From: an uncultured delta proteobacterium
GTDB lineage: Bacteria > Myxococcota > Myxococcia > Myxococcales > Anaeromyxobacteraceae
Direction: 5' to 3'
Assembly (NCBI GenBank): GCA_963814585.1
Contig: CAWFDF010000003.1
Span: 416,001-480,000, forward strand
DNA: 64,000 nucleotides
The notes under the pieces were generated by a model. That model did no database searches, was not told the DNA's origin, and saw only the letters and a list, made by a program, of their open reading frames with translations. The stretch's first letter is position 1; the number at the start of each line of letters is the position of its first letter. Shown in pieces: positions 9,621-18,980 of the stretch. A program made the position numbers and the translations under genes.

Positions 9621-10688
9621 ATGCACCTCCCCGCGCCCATGCTCGCCTCCTCCCTGGCCCTGCTGGCGGCCTGCGCCGGTGCCCGTCCCGCGCCCACCGA
9701 GCAGACCACGGTGCCCGCCGTGCTCAGGGCCGCCGAGCTGGCGCGGGTGCGCTGCCTGCTCCTCGCTCCCATCGAGAGCGCGGCCGACGCGCCGCTGGCC
9801 GCCGGCGCCGCCACCCGGGCCCTGGAGGCGAGCATCGACCGCGCCCGCACCCAGGCCCTCCCGGTGGCCGAGCTTCGCGCCCTGCTGGCCGGCACGCCGC
9901 TCGAGCTGTCGGAGGGCGTCTCGGGAGGAACGGCCCTGGAGCTGGCCGAGCTGCTGGGGGCCGACGGCGCCCTCTATGGAGCCGTCGAGGGGCGAAGCCG
10001 CGGCCGCGAGCCGGGGATGGTGGTGACGCTGCGGCTCCTGCTGGCGGGGAGCCGGGAGCTGGTCTTCGCCGGCACCGTGCTGGTGGTGCCGTCGCCGGAC
10101 GAGCCGCTCGACGCCGCCGTTCGGCGGAGCGTGGTCGAGCTGGCGCGCCCGGCGCTCGACCGCCTGGGCGCTCCCGGATCGCGCACCTGCTTCGACCAGG
10201 GCCGGCGCGACGCGCTCCGCGCCGCGGCCGTCGCCCTGGAGGCCGCCTGGGGCGCCGCCGCCGGCGCCTCGGCCGACGAGGCCTCCCCCTCGGCCGGACC
10301 GGGGGCGCTCCGCACCCCGCGCCAGCGCGACTGGGCGCTCCGGCTCGGCGCGCAGGGCCGGGTGATCCTGCAGGACGTGCGCTTCGCCGAGCGCTCCGCC
10401 GAGCTCGTCCGCGACGCCGGCCTGGCCGACCTGGCGCAGGTGCTGGCCGCGACCCCGGCGCTCACCGTCCGCCTGGTCGGCTACGTCGACGCCTCGGGAG
10501 ATCCGGCCGCCGACGGCCGCCTCTCGCTGGCCATGGCGCAGGCCGCGGCCCGGCGGCTCACCGAGCTGGGCGTCGAGGCGGCGCGGATCGGCGTGGCGGG
10601 CCGGGGTGGTGAGAGCCCGCTGGTTCCCAACTTCACGGCGCGCGGGCGGGCCGCCAACCGCCGCGTCGAGGCGAGCGCCCCCCGGTGA
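9621..10688 (+). CDS. Lipoprotein with C-terminal OmpA-like peptidoglycan-binding domain
   Basis: Lipobox LLAAC; VGYVD...LSLAMA...GRGGESP...ANRRVE. Start moved to MHLPAP. Confidence 0.8.
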   Translation: MHLPAPMLASSLALLAACAGARPAPTEQTTVPAVLRAAELARVRCLLLAPIESAADAPLAAGAATRALEASIDRARTQALPVAELRALLAGTPLELSEGVSGGTALELAELLGADGALYGAVEGRSRGREPGMVVTLRLLLAGSRELVFAGTVLVVPSPDEPLDAAVRRSVVELARPALDRLGAPGSRTCFDQGRRDALRAAAVALEAAWGAAAGASADEASPSAGPGALRTPRQRDWALRLGAQGRVILQDVRFAERSAELVRDAGLADLAQVLAATPALTVRLVGYVDASGDPAADGRLSLAMAQAAARRLTELGVEAARIGVAGRGGESPLVPNFTARGRAANRRVEASAPR

Positions 10689-11653
10689 GCGCCGTGGAGA
10701 TCCCCACCTCGAAGCTGGACACGCCCACCGACGGTCCCGCCCGGGAGGCCGTCCTGGCCGGCACCGAGCAGCCTGGCACCCTCGGGGCGCTCTCCCGCGC
10801 CGGCGTGGTGCTCATCTCCATCGGGCTCATCCTCTGCATCGCCGTGGGTGACGTCCTCACCGGTCCGGACGTCAACTTCACCCTGCTCTACCTCGCTCCC
10901 ATCGCCTTCGGGGCCTGGCTCGGCTCGACGCCCTGGGGCTTCGCGCTCTCGGCGCTGGCCTCGGTGGTCTCCAGCGCCGCCGACCTCTACGCCCGGCAGG
11001 GCACGCCGCTCCCCGGCGGGGTCCTGGCCTGGAACCTGGTGGTCCAGCTGGGCGTCTTCGTGGCGCTGGTGCTGCTGGTCACCGGGCTGCGCGATCGGCT
11101 CGAGCTGGAGCAGCAGATGGCCCGCACCGACCCGCTCACCGGCCTGCCCAACCGGCGGGCCTTCGGCGAGGTGGTCGCGCTCGAGCTGGAGCGGGCCCGG
11201 CGCAACGGCCGCCCGCTCTCCTTCGCCTACCTCGACTGCGACGGCTTCAAGTTCGTCAACGACACCCTGGGCCACCGCGAGGGCGACGCGCTGCTGGTGG
11301 TGGTGGCCCAGACCCTGCGCGCCTCGACGCGCGCCATCGACGCCCTGGCGCGGCTGGGCGGCGACGAGTTCGGCCTGCTCATGCACGAGACCGACGCGGC
11401 GGCGGCCCTGGCGCTGCTGGCGCGGGTCCGGATCAACCTGCTGGCGGCGGTCGAGCGGCGTGGCTGGCGCGTCGGCTTCTCCATCGGCCTGGCCACCTTC
11501 GTCGAGGCGCCCGCCCACTTCGACGACCTGCTGGCCCGGGGCGACGAGCTGATGTACGAGGCCAAGCGGACCGTCCGTGGCTCGATCCGCGCCGCTTCCT
11601 TCGGGGTCCGACCGGCCGGCGCCCCACCGCCCCCCCCCGGCCGGGAGGCCTGA
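10685..11653 (+). CDS. Membrane-bound diguanylate cyclase
   Basis: About 4 TM helices, TDPLTGLPNRR, FKFVNDTLGH, intact RLGGDEF. Confidence 0.92.
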   Translation: MSAVEIPTSKLDTPTDGPAREAVLAGTEQPGTLGALSRAGVVLISIGLILCIAVGDVLTGPDVNFTLLYLAPIAFGAWLGSTPWGFALSALASVVSSAADLYARQGTPLPGGVLAWNLVVQLGVFVALVLLVTGLRDRLELEQQMARTDPLTGLPNRRAFGEVVALELERARRNGRPLSFAYLDCDGFKFVNDTLGHREGDALLVVVAQTLRASTRAIDALARLGGDEFGLLMHETDAAAALALLARVRINLLAAVERRGWRVGFSIGLATFVEAPAHFDDLLARGDELMYEAKRTVRGSIRAASFGVRPAGAPPPPPGREA

Positions 11654-12816
11654 TGCGGTTCTTCGCCACCTGCAGCAAGGGGACCGAGGGGGCGCTGCGC
11701 CAGGAGCTGGCGGCGCTCAGGCTGCCGGCGGTGCGCGGCGGGCGGGGCGGGGTCCACTTCGAGGGCCGCCTCGAGCACGGCGCCAAGGCCTGCCTCCACT
11801 CGCGCACCGCCATGCGGGTGCTGCTGGAGCTGTCCGCCTTCCCGGTGGACGGCGCCGACGCCCTCTACGAGGGGGCCCGCCGCATCGACTGGACCCCCTG
11901 GCTCACCGAGAAGACCACGCTGGCGGTGGAGGCCACCGGGGTGGCGCCGGGCGTCACCCACACCGGCTTCGCCGCGCTCAAGGTCAAGGACGGCGTGGTG
12001 GACATGCTGCGCGACAGGCTGGGGGCCCGGCCGGACGTCGACACCCGGAGCCCCGACGTCCCCATCGTCCTCCACCTCGACGGCGGGCAGGCCACGCTCT
12101 CGCTCGATCTGGCCGGCGAGCCGCTGCACCGGCGGGGCTGGCGCACCACCACCAGCGTCGCGCCGCTCAAGGAGACGCTGGCGGCGGCGGTGCTGCTGCT
12201 CGGGCGGGTCGACCCCGCGCTGCCGTTCGTGGACCCGCTCTGCGGCTCGGGGACGCTGGCCATCGAGCAGGCGCTGCGGGCGCGCCACGTCGCTCCGGGC
12301 CTCGATCGGTCCTTCGCCTTCCAGCGCTGGGCCTGCTACCGCGACGAGCTGCAGTCGCGCTGGGACAAGCTGCGGGGGCAGGCTCGCGCCGCGGCGCTGC
12401 CGTCGGCGCCGGCCCCCATCTTCGCCTCCGACTTCCACCCCAAGGCCATCGACGCCTGCCGGCGAAACGCCCACCTGGCCGGAGTCTCCGGCGACGTGGT
12501 GATCGAGCAGGCCAACGTTCGCGACCTCCAGCCTCGCGGCGAGCGCGGCACCCTCTGCATGAACCCGCCCTACGGCGAGCGGCTCATCGCCGAGGAGATC
12601 GGCCCCGAGGCCCGCTCGGCGGCGCGGACGCAGGAGCGGAAGCTGGCCGGCTTCTACCGGCTCCTGGGCGAGCTGCTGGAGCGCCACGCCGGCTGGAGCG
12701 CGGTGCTGCTCTCCGGCAACCCGCTGCTGCAGGAGACGCTGGGTCGCAAGGCCGAGATCGACCACCGGCTCTGGAACGGGCCGCTGGAGATCCACCTGCT
12801 GCGGTACCGGCTCTGA
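11653..12816 (+). CDS. THUMP-domain RNA methyltransferase (RlmL/YpsC-like)
   Basis: LHRRGWR, APLKETLAAA, DPLCGSGT, NPPYGERL. Confidence 0.9.
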   Translation: MRFFATCSKGTEGALRQELAALRLPAVRGGRGGVHFEGRLEHGAKACLHSRTAMRVLLELSAFPVDGADALYEGARRIDWTPWLTEKTTLAVEATGVAPGVTHTGFAALKVKDGVVDMLRDRLGARPDVDTRSPDVPIVLHLDGGQATLSLDLAGEPLHRRGWRTTTSVAPLKETLAAAVLLLGRVDPALPFVDPLCGSGTLAIEQALRARHVAPGLDRSFAFQRWACYRDELQSRWDKLRGQARAAALPSAPAPIFASDFHPKAIDACRRNAHLAGVSGDVVIEQANVRDLQPRGERGTLCMNPPYGERLIAEEIGPEARSAARTQERKLAGFYRLLGELLERHAGWSAVLLSGNPLLQETLGRKAEIDHRLWNGPLEIHLLRYRL

Positions 12817-12883
12817 CGGGGCCTTCGCCTGGCCCGGGGCCCGGCCGCGGCGCCCGCTGGCGGCCAGGCCAGGTGCGGCGGCC

Positions 12884-14188
12884 TCACCTCGTGCCGAGCT
12901 CGTCCCGCAGCGAGCGCGCCGTCCTGAGCATGCGGTCGGGCCGGACCGCCTCGGGCAGCCCCTCGCCGTGGCGGATGGCCTCCTCGACCGCGGCCCTGGC
13001 CCCGGCGCCGTCGCCGGCGGCGCGCAGGGCCCGGGCCTGGACCACCAGCACGTTCACCTTTCGCGGACCCTCGGCCAGCGCCGCCGCCGCCCTGGCCTGG
13101 GCCGCGGCCTCCCGGGGACGGCCGGCCTCGAGGTAGCCCCGTGCCAGGTAGGCGAGCGCGAAGTACTCGCCGGGCAGCGCCCGGGCCGAGGCCTCCAGCG
13201 CCGGGATCACCCGGGGCACGTCGCCCAGGGCCATGGCCGCGGTGAGCCTGGCCCCGTCGAAGGCGGAGCGGGCCAGCGGCGTGTCGGAGCGCGAGGACTC
13301 GGCCTCGATCCAGCCGAGCCACTCGGCCGCCACGGCCCTGGCGCCCCTGGGGTCCTCGCTGGCCTTCCGGGCCCCCAGCAGGGCGTCGTAGAGCCCGCTG
13401 CGGTCGTCGGCCAGGACCCCCGGGAACACCAGCGCGCTCCTCGCCGCCGGCTCCAGCACCGCGATGGCCTCGGCCCGCGCCGACGACGACTCCAGCGAGG
13501 TGGCGCAGCTCAGCCCCACCGCCGCCACCCGGGCCGCTGCCGAGCCGGGCGCGAGCGTGGGCAGCAGCGCGCGCGCCGCGTCGGCGCAGGGTGCCGGATC
13601 ATCACCCAGCGAGAGCGCCTGGAGCAGGGCGTCGGCCGCGGCCGGCCGGCCCGGCCACCGGGCCCCGCCGGCGGCCACGGCCTCCCGGAAGGCGACGGCC
13701 GCCTCGGCGTGCTTCCGGGCCGCGGCCAGCGAGGCGCCGCGGGCCATGGCCGCGCCGGCCACGTCGGTCTCCTCGCGCCGCAGCGTCCGGGCGGCGCCGA
13801 GCAGCAGCCTCTCGAGCTCCTCGGCGGAGGCCGTCCCCATCCAGCGAAGCGCCACCTGCTCGGTGACCGGCTCGATGACCAGGATGGTGGGCCAGGCCTC
13901 GATGGGGAACCGCTCCACGAAGGCGAAGTTGCGGGGCCTCTCGGTGTCGATGTCGAGCCAGGCAAACTGCCCGGCCAGCTTCAGCAGGCGCGCGTCGGTG
14001 AGGACGTTGGCCCGCATGAAGCGGCAGGTGGGTCACCAGGGGGCCCAGACGTCCACCACCAGCGGCACGTTGCGGGCCCGCGCGTCGGCCAGGGCCCTGA
14101 GGTAGTCGTCGGCGACGAATGGGAGCGAACCGGCGGCACCGACCGGAGCGGCGGCCGCGAGGGCGAGGGCCACGAGGAGCGAGCGCAT
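12884..14188 (-). CDS. Exported thioredoxin-fold protein with C-terminal helical repeats; probable selenoprotein (UxxC)
   Basis: In-frame extension of ORF 12884..14017 through TGA at 14033-14035 reads MRSLLVALALAAAAPVGAAGSLPFVADDYLRALADARARNVPLVVDVWAPW-U-PTC-RFM. Confidence 0.8.
13978..14022 (-). promoter_or_regulatory. Candidate non-canonical SECIS stem-loop
   Basis: GCUUCA-U-GCGGGC-CAA-CGUC-[CUCACC]-GACG-CGC-GCCUGC-UGAAGC, starting 11 nt after the UGA; folded by hand. Confidence 0.45.
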
Positions 14189-14219
14189 GACGGGAGTCTA
14201 ACCAGCGGCGGAGCCTGGC

Positions 14220-14690
14220 TCACCCTTTCCGCTTCATCGACAGGCCGAGCGTGAAGCGGGCCACCGGCTCGTCGCCGTACCGGTCGGGCACGGTGCAGGC
14301 GACGTGGACCGGCATGGTGATGCGCACGCCGGTCTGGTCGGCCTGCCTCACCGCGGCCGCCACCTCCTCGCCCTGCTCGCAGGAGAAGTGGACGTCGCCG
14401 TCGGCCCGCTTGAGGAACGCCCCCTGGACGTCGGCGAAGACGATGACCACCTTGGGATGGCCGGCCCGGATGGCCCGGAAGGCCGGCAGGCCTCCGGCCA
14501 GGTCGGCCCCGGCGCAGAGGGCGCCGAAGTACATCGACCCGACGTGGTTCCTGGACCGCCAGCCGAAGGGGATCTCCACGGTGCACCCGGTCTCGTCGAG
14601 CCGCAGCACGCGGGGGCCGAGGAAGAGCAGCAGCGGGATCTTGAGCCCGAGCATCCGGAGCTGGGCGGTTTCCTTGAGGAGCACGGTCAC
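14220..14690 (-). CDS. Hot-dog-fold thioesterase-like protein (DUF4442/PaaI-like)
   Basis: RNHVGSMYFGALCAGADLAGG, FLKRADGDV. Confidence 0.8.
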   Translation of the reverse strand: MTVLLKETAQLRMLGLKIPLLLFLGPRVLRLDETGCTVEIPFGWRSRNHVGSMYFGALCAGADLAGGLPAFRAIRAGHPKVVIVFADVQGAFLKRADGDVHFSCEQGEEVAAAVRQADQTGVRITMPVHVACTVPDRYGDEPVARFTLGLSMKRKG

Positions 14691-14691
14691 C

Positions 14692-16083
14692 TCACGCCGC
14701 CGGCCGCGGCTGGCCGGTGGACTGGTAGCGCCTCGCCATGGTGCGGAAGCCGAACGCCGCCGCCAGCATGAGGAGGGCGAAGAAGGCGAAGTAGGCGGCG
14801 CCCGAGAGCCGCACGAACTGGACCAGGAAGGTGAGCAGGTTGCCCAGGAAGACGGTGAGGAACCAGATCGACATGATGGTCGAGCGCATCGAGCGCGGCG
14901 CCTGGGTGTAGCTGAACTCCAGCCCGGTCACCGAGACCAGCACCTCGCCGGTGGTGAGCAGCAGGTACTGCGGGAACTGCCAGAGCAGGCCGGGAGGCTG
15001 GCCGCCGTCGACGCGCAGCTGCACCACCGCCGCGGCCACGAAGGAGAGGACGGTGAGGAACATGCCGGCGGTCATCTTGGAGAGCGGCGCCAGCGAGACG
15101 CCGCGGCGGGCCAGGGCCGGGAAGACCACCCAGGTGAAGAGCGGGACCAGCGCCATCACCAGGAACGGGTTGAGCGCCTGCAGCTGCGCGGCGTCCAGCT
15201 CGAACGGGCCGAGCGTCACGCCGCCCATGGTGAAGGGCCCGATGACGTTGACCAGCTGCTTCCCCTGCAGCACCCAGCTCGAGCCGGTCTGGTCGAAGAG
15301 CGCCCAGAAGACGGTGACGGCGCCGAAGACGCCCATGATGCGGAGCACGGCCCGGGCCCCGTCCACCGCCTCGGCCGGGTGGCGCTCCAGGGCGGTGTCG
15401 AGCCACCCCTGCCCGGCCCGGTGGGTGCCGAGCCGGCGGCCCGCCGACCAGAGGACGTTCAGGAAGCCGTGCGGGTTGGGGCCGCTGGGCGGGGCGCGGA
15501 CGTAGTGACGGGTGCCGGCCCAGAAGATCCAGGTGGCGATGGCCATGAAGACGCCGGGGATGGCGAAGGCCACCGCGGGGCCGTAGCGGCGAAGCAGCCA
15601 GGGGATGAGCAGCTTGGCGGTGGCCGAGCCGAGGTTGATGACCCAGTAGAACCAGCCGTAGACCTTCTGCATCAGCAGCTTCTGCTCGGGCCGGAACTGG
15701 TCGCCGACGAAGGCCGAGACGCACGGCTTGATGCCGCCGGAGCCGAGCGTGATGAGGATGAGCCCGGTGACGAAGCCGGCGCGGGTCTCCCAGAGCGCCA
15801 GCGTCAGGTGGCCGAGGACGTAGAAGAGCGAGATCCAGAGGATGGTCCGGTAGCGGCCCCAGAAGCGATCGGCGATCCACCCACCCAGCAGCGGGGTCAG
15901 GTAGGTCATCATCATGAAGAGGTGGTACCCCTCCTTGGCCTCCAGGTCGGGGTAGAGCAGGTACCCGGTCATGTAGACCACCAGCACCGAGCGCATCCCG
16001 TAGAAGGAGAAGCGCTCGCAGGCCTCGTTGCCCACGATGAACTTCACCTGCGGTGGATAGCGGTCGGCGGCGGCTTGGTTCAT
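14692..16083 (-). CDS. POT/PTR-family proton-dependent oligopeptide transporter
   Basis: EACERFSFYGM (ExxERFxYY-like), GGIKPCVSAFVGDQF, FYWVINLGS, GLEFSYTQAP. Confidence 0.93.
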   Translation of the reverse strand: MNQAAADRYPPQVKFIVGNEACERFSFYGMRSVLVVYMTGYLLYPDLEAKEGYHLFMMMTYLTPLLGGWIADRFWGRYRTILWISLFYVLGHLTLALWETRAGFVTGLILITLGSGGIKPCVSAFVGDQFRPEQKLLMQKVYGWFYWVINLGSATAKLLIPWLLRRYGPAVAFAIPGVFMAIATWIFWAGTRHYVRAPPSGPNPHGFLNVLWSAGRRLGTHRAGQGWLDTALERHPAEAVDGARAVLRIMGVFGAVTVFWALFDQTGSSWVLQGKQLVNVIGPFTMGGVTLGPFELDAAQLQALNPFLVMALVPLFTWVVFPALARRGVSLAPLSKMTAGMFLTVLSFVAAAVVQLRVDGGQPPGLLWQFPQYLLLTTGEVLVSVTGLEFSYTQAPRSMRSTIMSIWFLTVFLGNLLTFLVQFVRLSGAAYFAFFALLMLAAAFGFRTMARRYQSTGQPRPAA

Positions 16084-16113
16084 GCGCGGGTCTCCGGCCG
16101 GGGCCATGGCGGG

Positions 16114-17409
16114 TCAGGCCGCGGCGGGGCGGCGGGTGGCGTGCCAGGCCAGCGCCACCACCAGGAAGAGCACCGCCGCGCCCAGCATGAGCCAGGCGTA
16201 GAAGTGGTAGTACCCCACCCCCTGCCAGCGGTTGAGCCCGGCCACCACCGCCGCCAGCAGGCTGCCGCAGGAGATGGTCAGGAACCAGAGCCCCATCACC
16301 AGGCTCTTCAGCTGCGCCGGGGCCTGCGTGTAGGCGAACTCGAGCGCGGTGACGCTCACCAGCACCTCGCCGATCCCCATGAGCACGTACTGCGGCAGCT
16401 GCCAGGCGACGTGGGGGCGGCCGCCGGACTGCAGCTGCCCCTCCACCCAGGCGGCCGCCACGAAGGAGAGCCCGGCCACGAACATCCCCACCGACATCTT
16501 CCGGAGCGGGGTCACCGCCACGCCAGCGCGGACCACCGCCGGGTAGATCACCAGCGTGAAGAGCGGGATGAGCGTGAGCACCAGCACCGAGTTGAGCGTC
16601 TGGACCTGCCCGGTGGAGATCTCCAGGCCCGCCACCACGCGGTCCATCTTGTCCGCCTGGAGCGTCCAGGCCGAGCCGTACTGGAAGTACAGCGCCCAGA
16701 AGGCCGCCACCGGCGCGAAGATGAGGGCGATCCAGCCGATCGCCCCGGCCGCACCGAGCCGGGCCGGCGCCGCCCCGAGCGTGGCCGCCGCGCGCCGCGC
16801 CTCCACCGCGGGCGGCACGCGGAGGTACCGGCCGCGCCCCGCCCAGAACACCAGCAGCGCCAGGGCCATGGCCAGGCCGGGCACGCCGAAGGCGACCCGC
16901 GGGCCGTAGGCGTCGAAGAGCCAGGGGATGACCAGCGTCGAGCCGAACGACCCGAGGTTGATCATCCAGTAGTAGAGGTTGTAGACGCGCTCGACGGCCC
17001 GGTCGTCGCCGGCCCCGACCTGATCGGCGGCGAACGCCGAGGCGCAGGGCTTGATCCCGCCGGCGCCGATGGCGATGAGCGCCAGCCCGGCCACCAGCCC
17101 GGCCGGCCCCTCCCACAGGGCGATGGTGGCGTGGCCCGCCACGTACCCGAAGGAGAGCCAGAGGATGGTCCGGTAGCGTCCCCACAGGACGTCGGAGAGG
17201 AGCGCGCCGAGGATGGGCGTCAGGTAGACGCCGAAGACGAAGTACTGGTAGCCGGCGATGGCCTGGTTCTCGCCCAGGCCCAGGTTCCTCACCATGTGCA
17301 GGGTGAGGATCGAGGTCATCCCGTAGTAGGAGAAGCGCTCGGCGGCCTCGTTCCAGGCGAGGTACCAGATCTGCGACGGGAGGCGCGCGGCCGTGGAGGG
17401 CGTGCTCAT
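16114..17409 (-). CDS. POT/PTR-family oligopeptide transporter (second paralog)
   Basis: EAAERFSYYGM, GGIKPC, YYWMINLGS, LEFAYTQAP. Confidence 0.92.
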   Translation of the reverse strand: MSTPSTAARLPSQIWYLAWNEAAERFSYYGMTSILTLHMVRNLGLGENQAIAGYQYFVFGVYLTPILGALLSDVLWGRYRTILWLSFGYVAGHATIALWEGPAGLVAGLALIAIGAGGIKPCASAFAADQVGAGDDRAVERVYNLYYWMINLGSFGSTLVIPWLFDAYGPRVAFGVPGLAMALALLVFWAGRGRYLRVPPAVEARRAAATLGAAPARLGAAGAIGWIALIFAPVAAFWALYFQYGSAWTLQADKMDRVVAGLEISTGQVQTLNSVLVLTLIPLFTLVIYPAVVRAGVAVTPLRKMSVGMFVAGLSFVAAAWVEGQLQSGGRPHVAWQLPQYVLMGIGEVLVSVTALEFAYTQAPAQLKSLVMGLWFLTISCGSLLAAVVAGLNRWQGVGYYHFYAWLMLGAAVLFLVVALAWHATRRPAAA

Positions 17410-17501
17410 GTGGGGCGGCATCCTGCCATACCTCGCCTTCCCAGGTGGTCCCGGACCGGGCGGGCCGGGAGGCGCGCCGGGGCTGGTAGACTCCTCCCCG
17501 C

Positions 17502-18974
17502 GTGCACGAACCGCTCGCCACCGCCCTGCTGCTCGCCGCCGCCGGGCTCCTGCTCGCCGCCGGGGTCCTGGTGAGCCGCACCTCCGGCCGGCTGGGCGTC
17601 CCGGCCGCGCTGCTCTTCCTCGCCGTCGGCATGCTGGCCGGCGAGGACGGCCTCGGCGGGATCCGCTTCGGCGATTACGCGCTCACCTTCCGGCTCGGGA
17701 CCGTGGCGCTGGTGATGATCCTCTTCGACGGCGGGCTCAACACGCCGTTCAGCAGCCTGCGGGGGGCGCTGGCGCCGTCGGCGGTGCTGGCGACGGCCGG
17801 CGTGGTCGGCACTGCGGCGCTGGCGGCGCTGGCGGCCTCCGTCGTCGGCCTGCCCTGGCCCCAGGCCATGATCTTCGGCGCGGTGGTGTCGTCCACCGAC
17901 GCCGCCGCGGTCTTCTCGGTGCTGCGCGGCGGCGGCGTGTCGCTGCGGGCCCGGGTGGGCCGGGTGCTGGAGCTGGAGTCGGGGCTCAACGACCCCATGG
18001 CGGTCATCCTCACCCTCTCGCTGACCGCCGCCGCCAGCCGCGCCGAGCCGCCCGGCTGGGGGCTGGCGCTGGAGGTGCTGCTGCAGCTGGCGGTCGGAGC
18101 GGCGGGTGGCGCGGCCATCGGCTGGGCCGGCCGGCTGGTGATGAACCGGGCCCGCCTCTCCGCCGCCGGCCTCTACCCGGTCCTCTCCCTGGCCCTGGCC
18201 ATGCTGGCCTTCGGCGTCCCATCGCTGCTGTGGGGCTCCGGCTTCCTCGCCGTCTACGTCGCCGCCATGGTGATCGGCGCCGGCCCGATCCCCTACCTGC
18301 CCGGCCTGCGCCGGGTCCACGACGCCATCGCCTGGTTCAGCCAGGTGGCGATGTTCCTGCTGCTCGGGCTGCTGGCCTTCCCGAGCCGGGTCATGGCCCA
18401 GGCCTGGACCGGCCTGCTGATCGGCCTCCTGCTGGCGGTGGTGGCCCGGCCGGTGGTGGTGGCGGCCTGCCTGCTACCCTTCGGCTTCACCCGGCGCGAG
18501 GTGCTCTACATCGCCTGGGTCGGGCTGCGCGGCGCCGTCCCCATCATCCTGGCCTGCTACCCGGTGCTGGAGGGCGTGCCCGGCGCCGCCGGCATCTTCG
18601 ACCTGGTCTTCTTCGTGGTGCTGGTGAGCACGGCGCTGCAGGGCGGGAGCGCGCGGTGGCTGTCGCGCCGGCTCGGGCTCGAGGAGCCGGCACCACCCGC
18701 GCCGCGGGCCGTGCTCGAGCTGGTGAGCACCCAGCCCCTCACCGGGGAGATGATGGTCTTCCAGATCGCCCCGGCCAGCGCCGTGGCCGGGGCCCGCATC
18801 TCCGACCTCCCGCTGCCCCCCGGCGCGGCGGTGATGCTGGTGCTGCGGGGGCGCCAGCTGGTGCCGGCGCGCGGCCGCACCGAGCTGACGCCCGGCGACC
18901 ATGTCTACGTCTCGGCCTCGCCCGACGACGCGGCGCTGGTCCGGCTCCTCTTCGGCCAGGCCGAGGAGGCCTAG
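17502..18974 (+). CDS. nhaP2: K+/H+ antiporter, NhaP2/CvrA family, with TrkA-C domain
   Basis: ILFDGGL, SSTDAAAVF, ESGLNDPMAV, GLRGAVPIILA, C-terminal RCK-C-like domain. Confidence 0.88.
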   Translation: MHEPLATALLLAAAGLLLAAGVLVSRTSGRLGVPAALLFLAVGMLAGEDGLGGIRFGDYALTFRLGTVALVMILFDGGLNTPFSSLRGALAPSAVLATAGVVGTAALAALAASVVGLPWPQAMIFGAVVSSTDAAAVFSVLRGGGVSLRARVGRVLELESGLNDPMAVILTLSLTAAASRAEPPGWGLALEVLLQLAVGAAGGAAIGWAGRLVMNRARLSAAGLYPVLSLALAMLAFGVPSLLWGSGFLAVYVAAMVIGAGPIPYLPGLRRVHDAIAWFSQVAMFLLLGLLAFPSRVMAQAWTGLLIGLLLAVVARPVVVAACLLPFGFTRREVLYIAWVGLRGAVPIILACYPVLEGVPGAAGIFDLVFFVVLVSTALQGGSARWLSRRLGLEEPAPPAPRAVLELVSTQPLTGEMMVFQIAPASAVAGARISDLPLPPGAAVMLVLRGRQLVPARGRTELTPGDHVYVSASPDDAALVRLLFGQAEEA

Positions 18975-18980
18975 ATCCAC

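Noticed and set aside
14251..17574. Very long ORFs antisense or frame-shifted to real genes (for example 1107 aa here, 38942-42616, 50141-53575, 57189-60245)
   Set aside because: Shadow ORFs caused by high GC and few stop codons; they overlap well-supported genes and carry no motifs.
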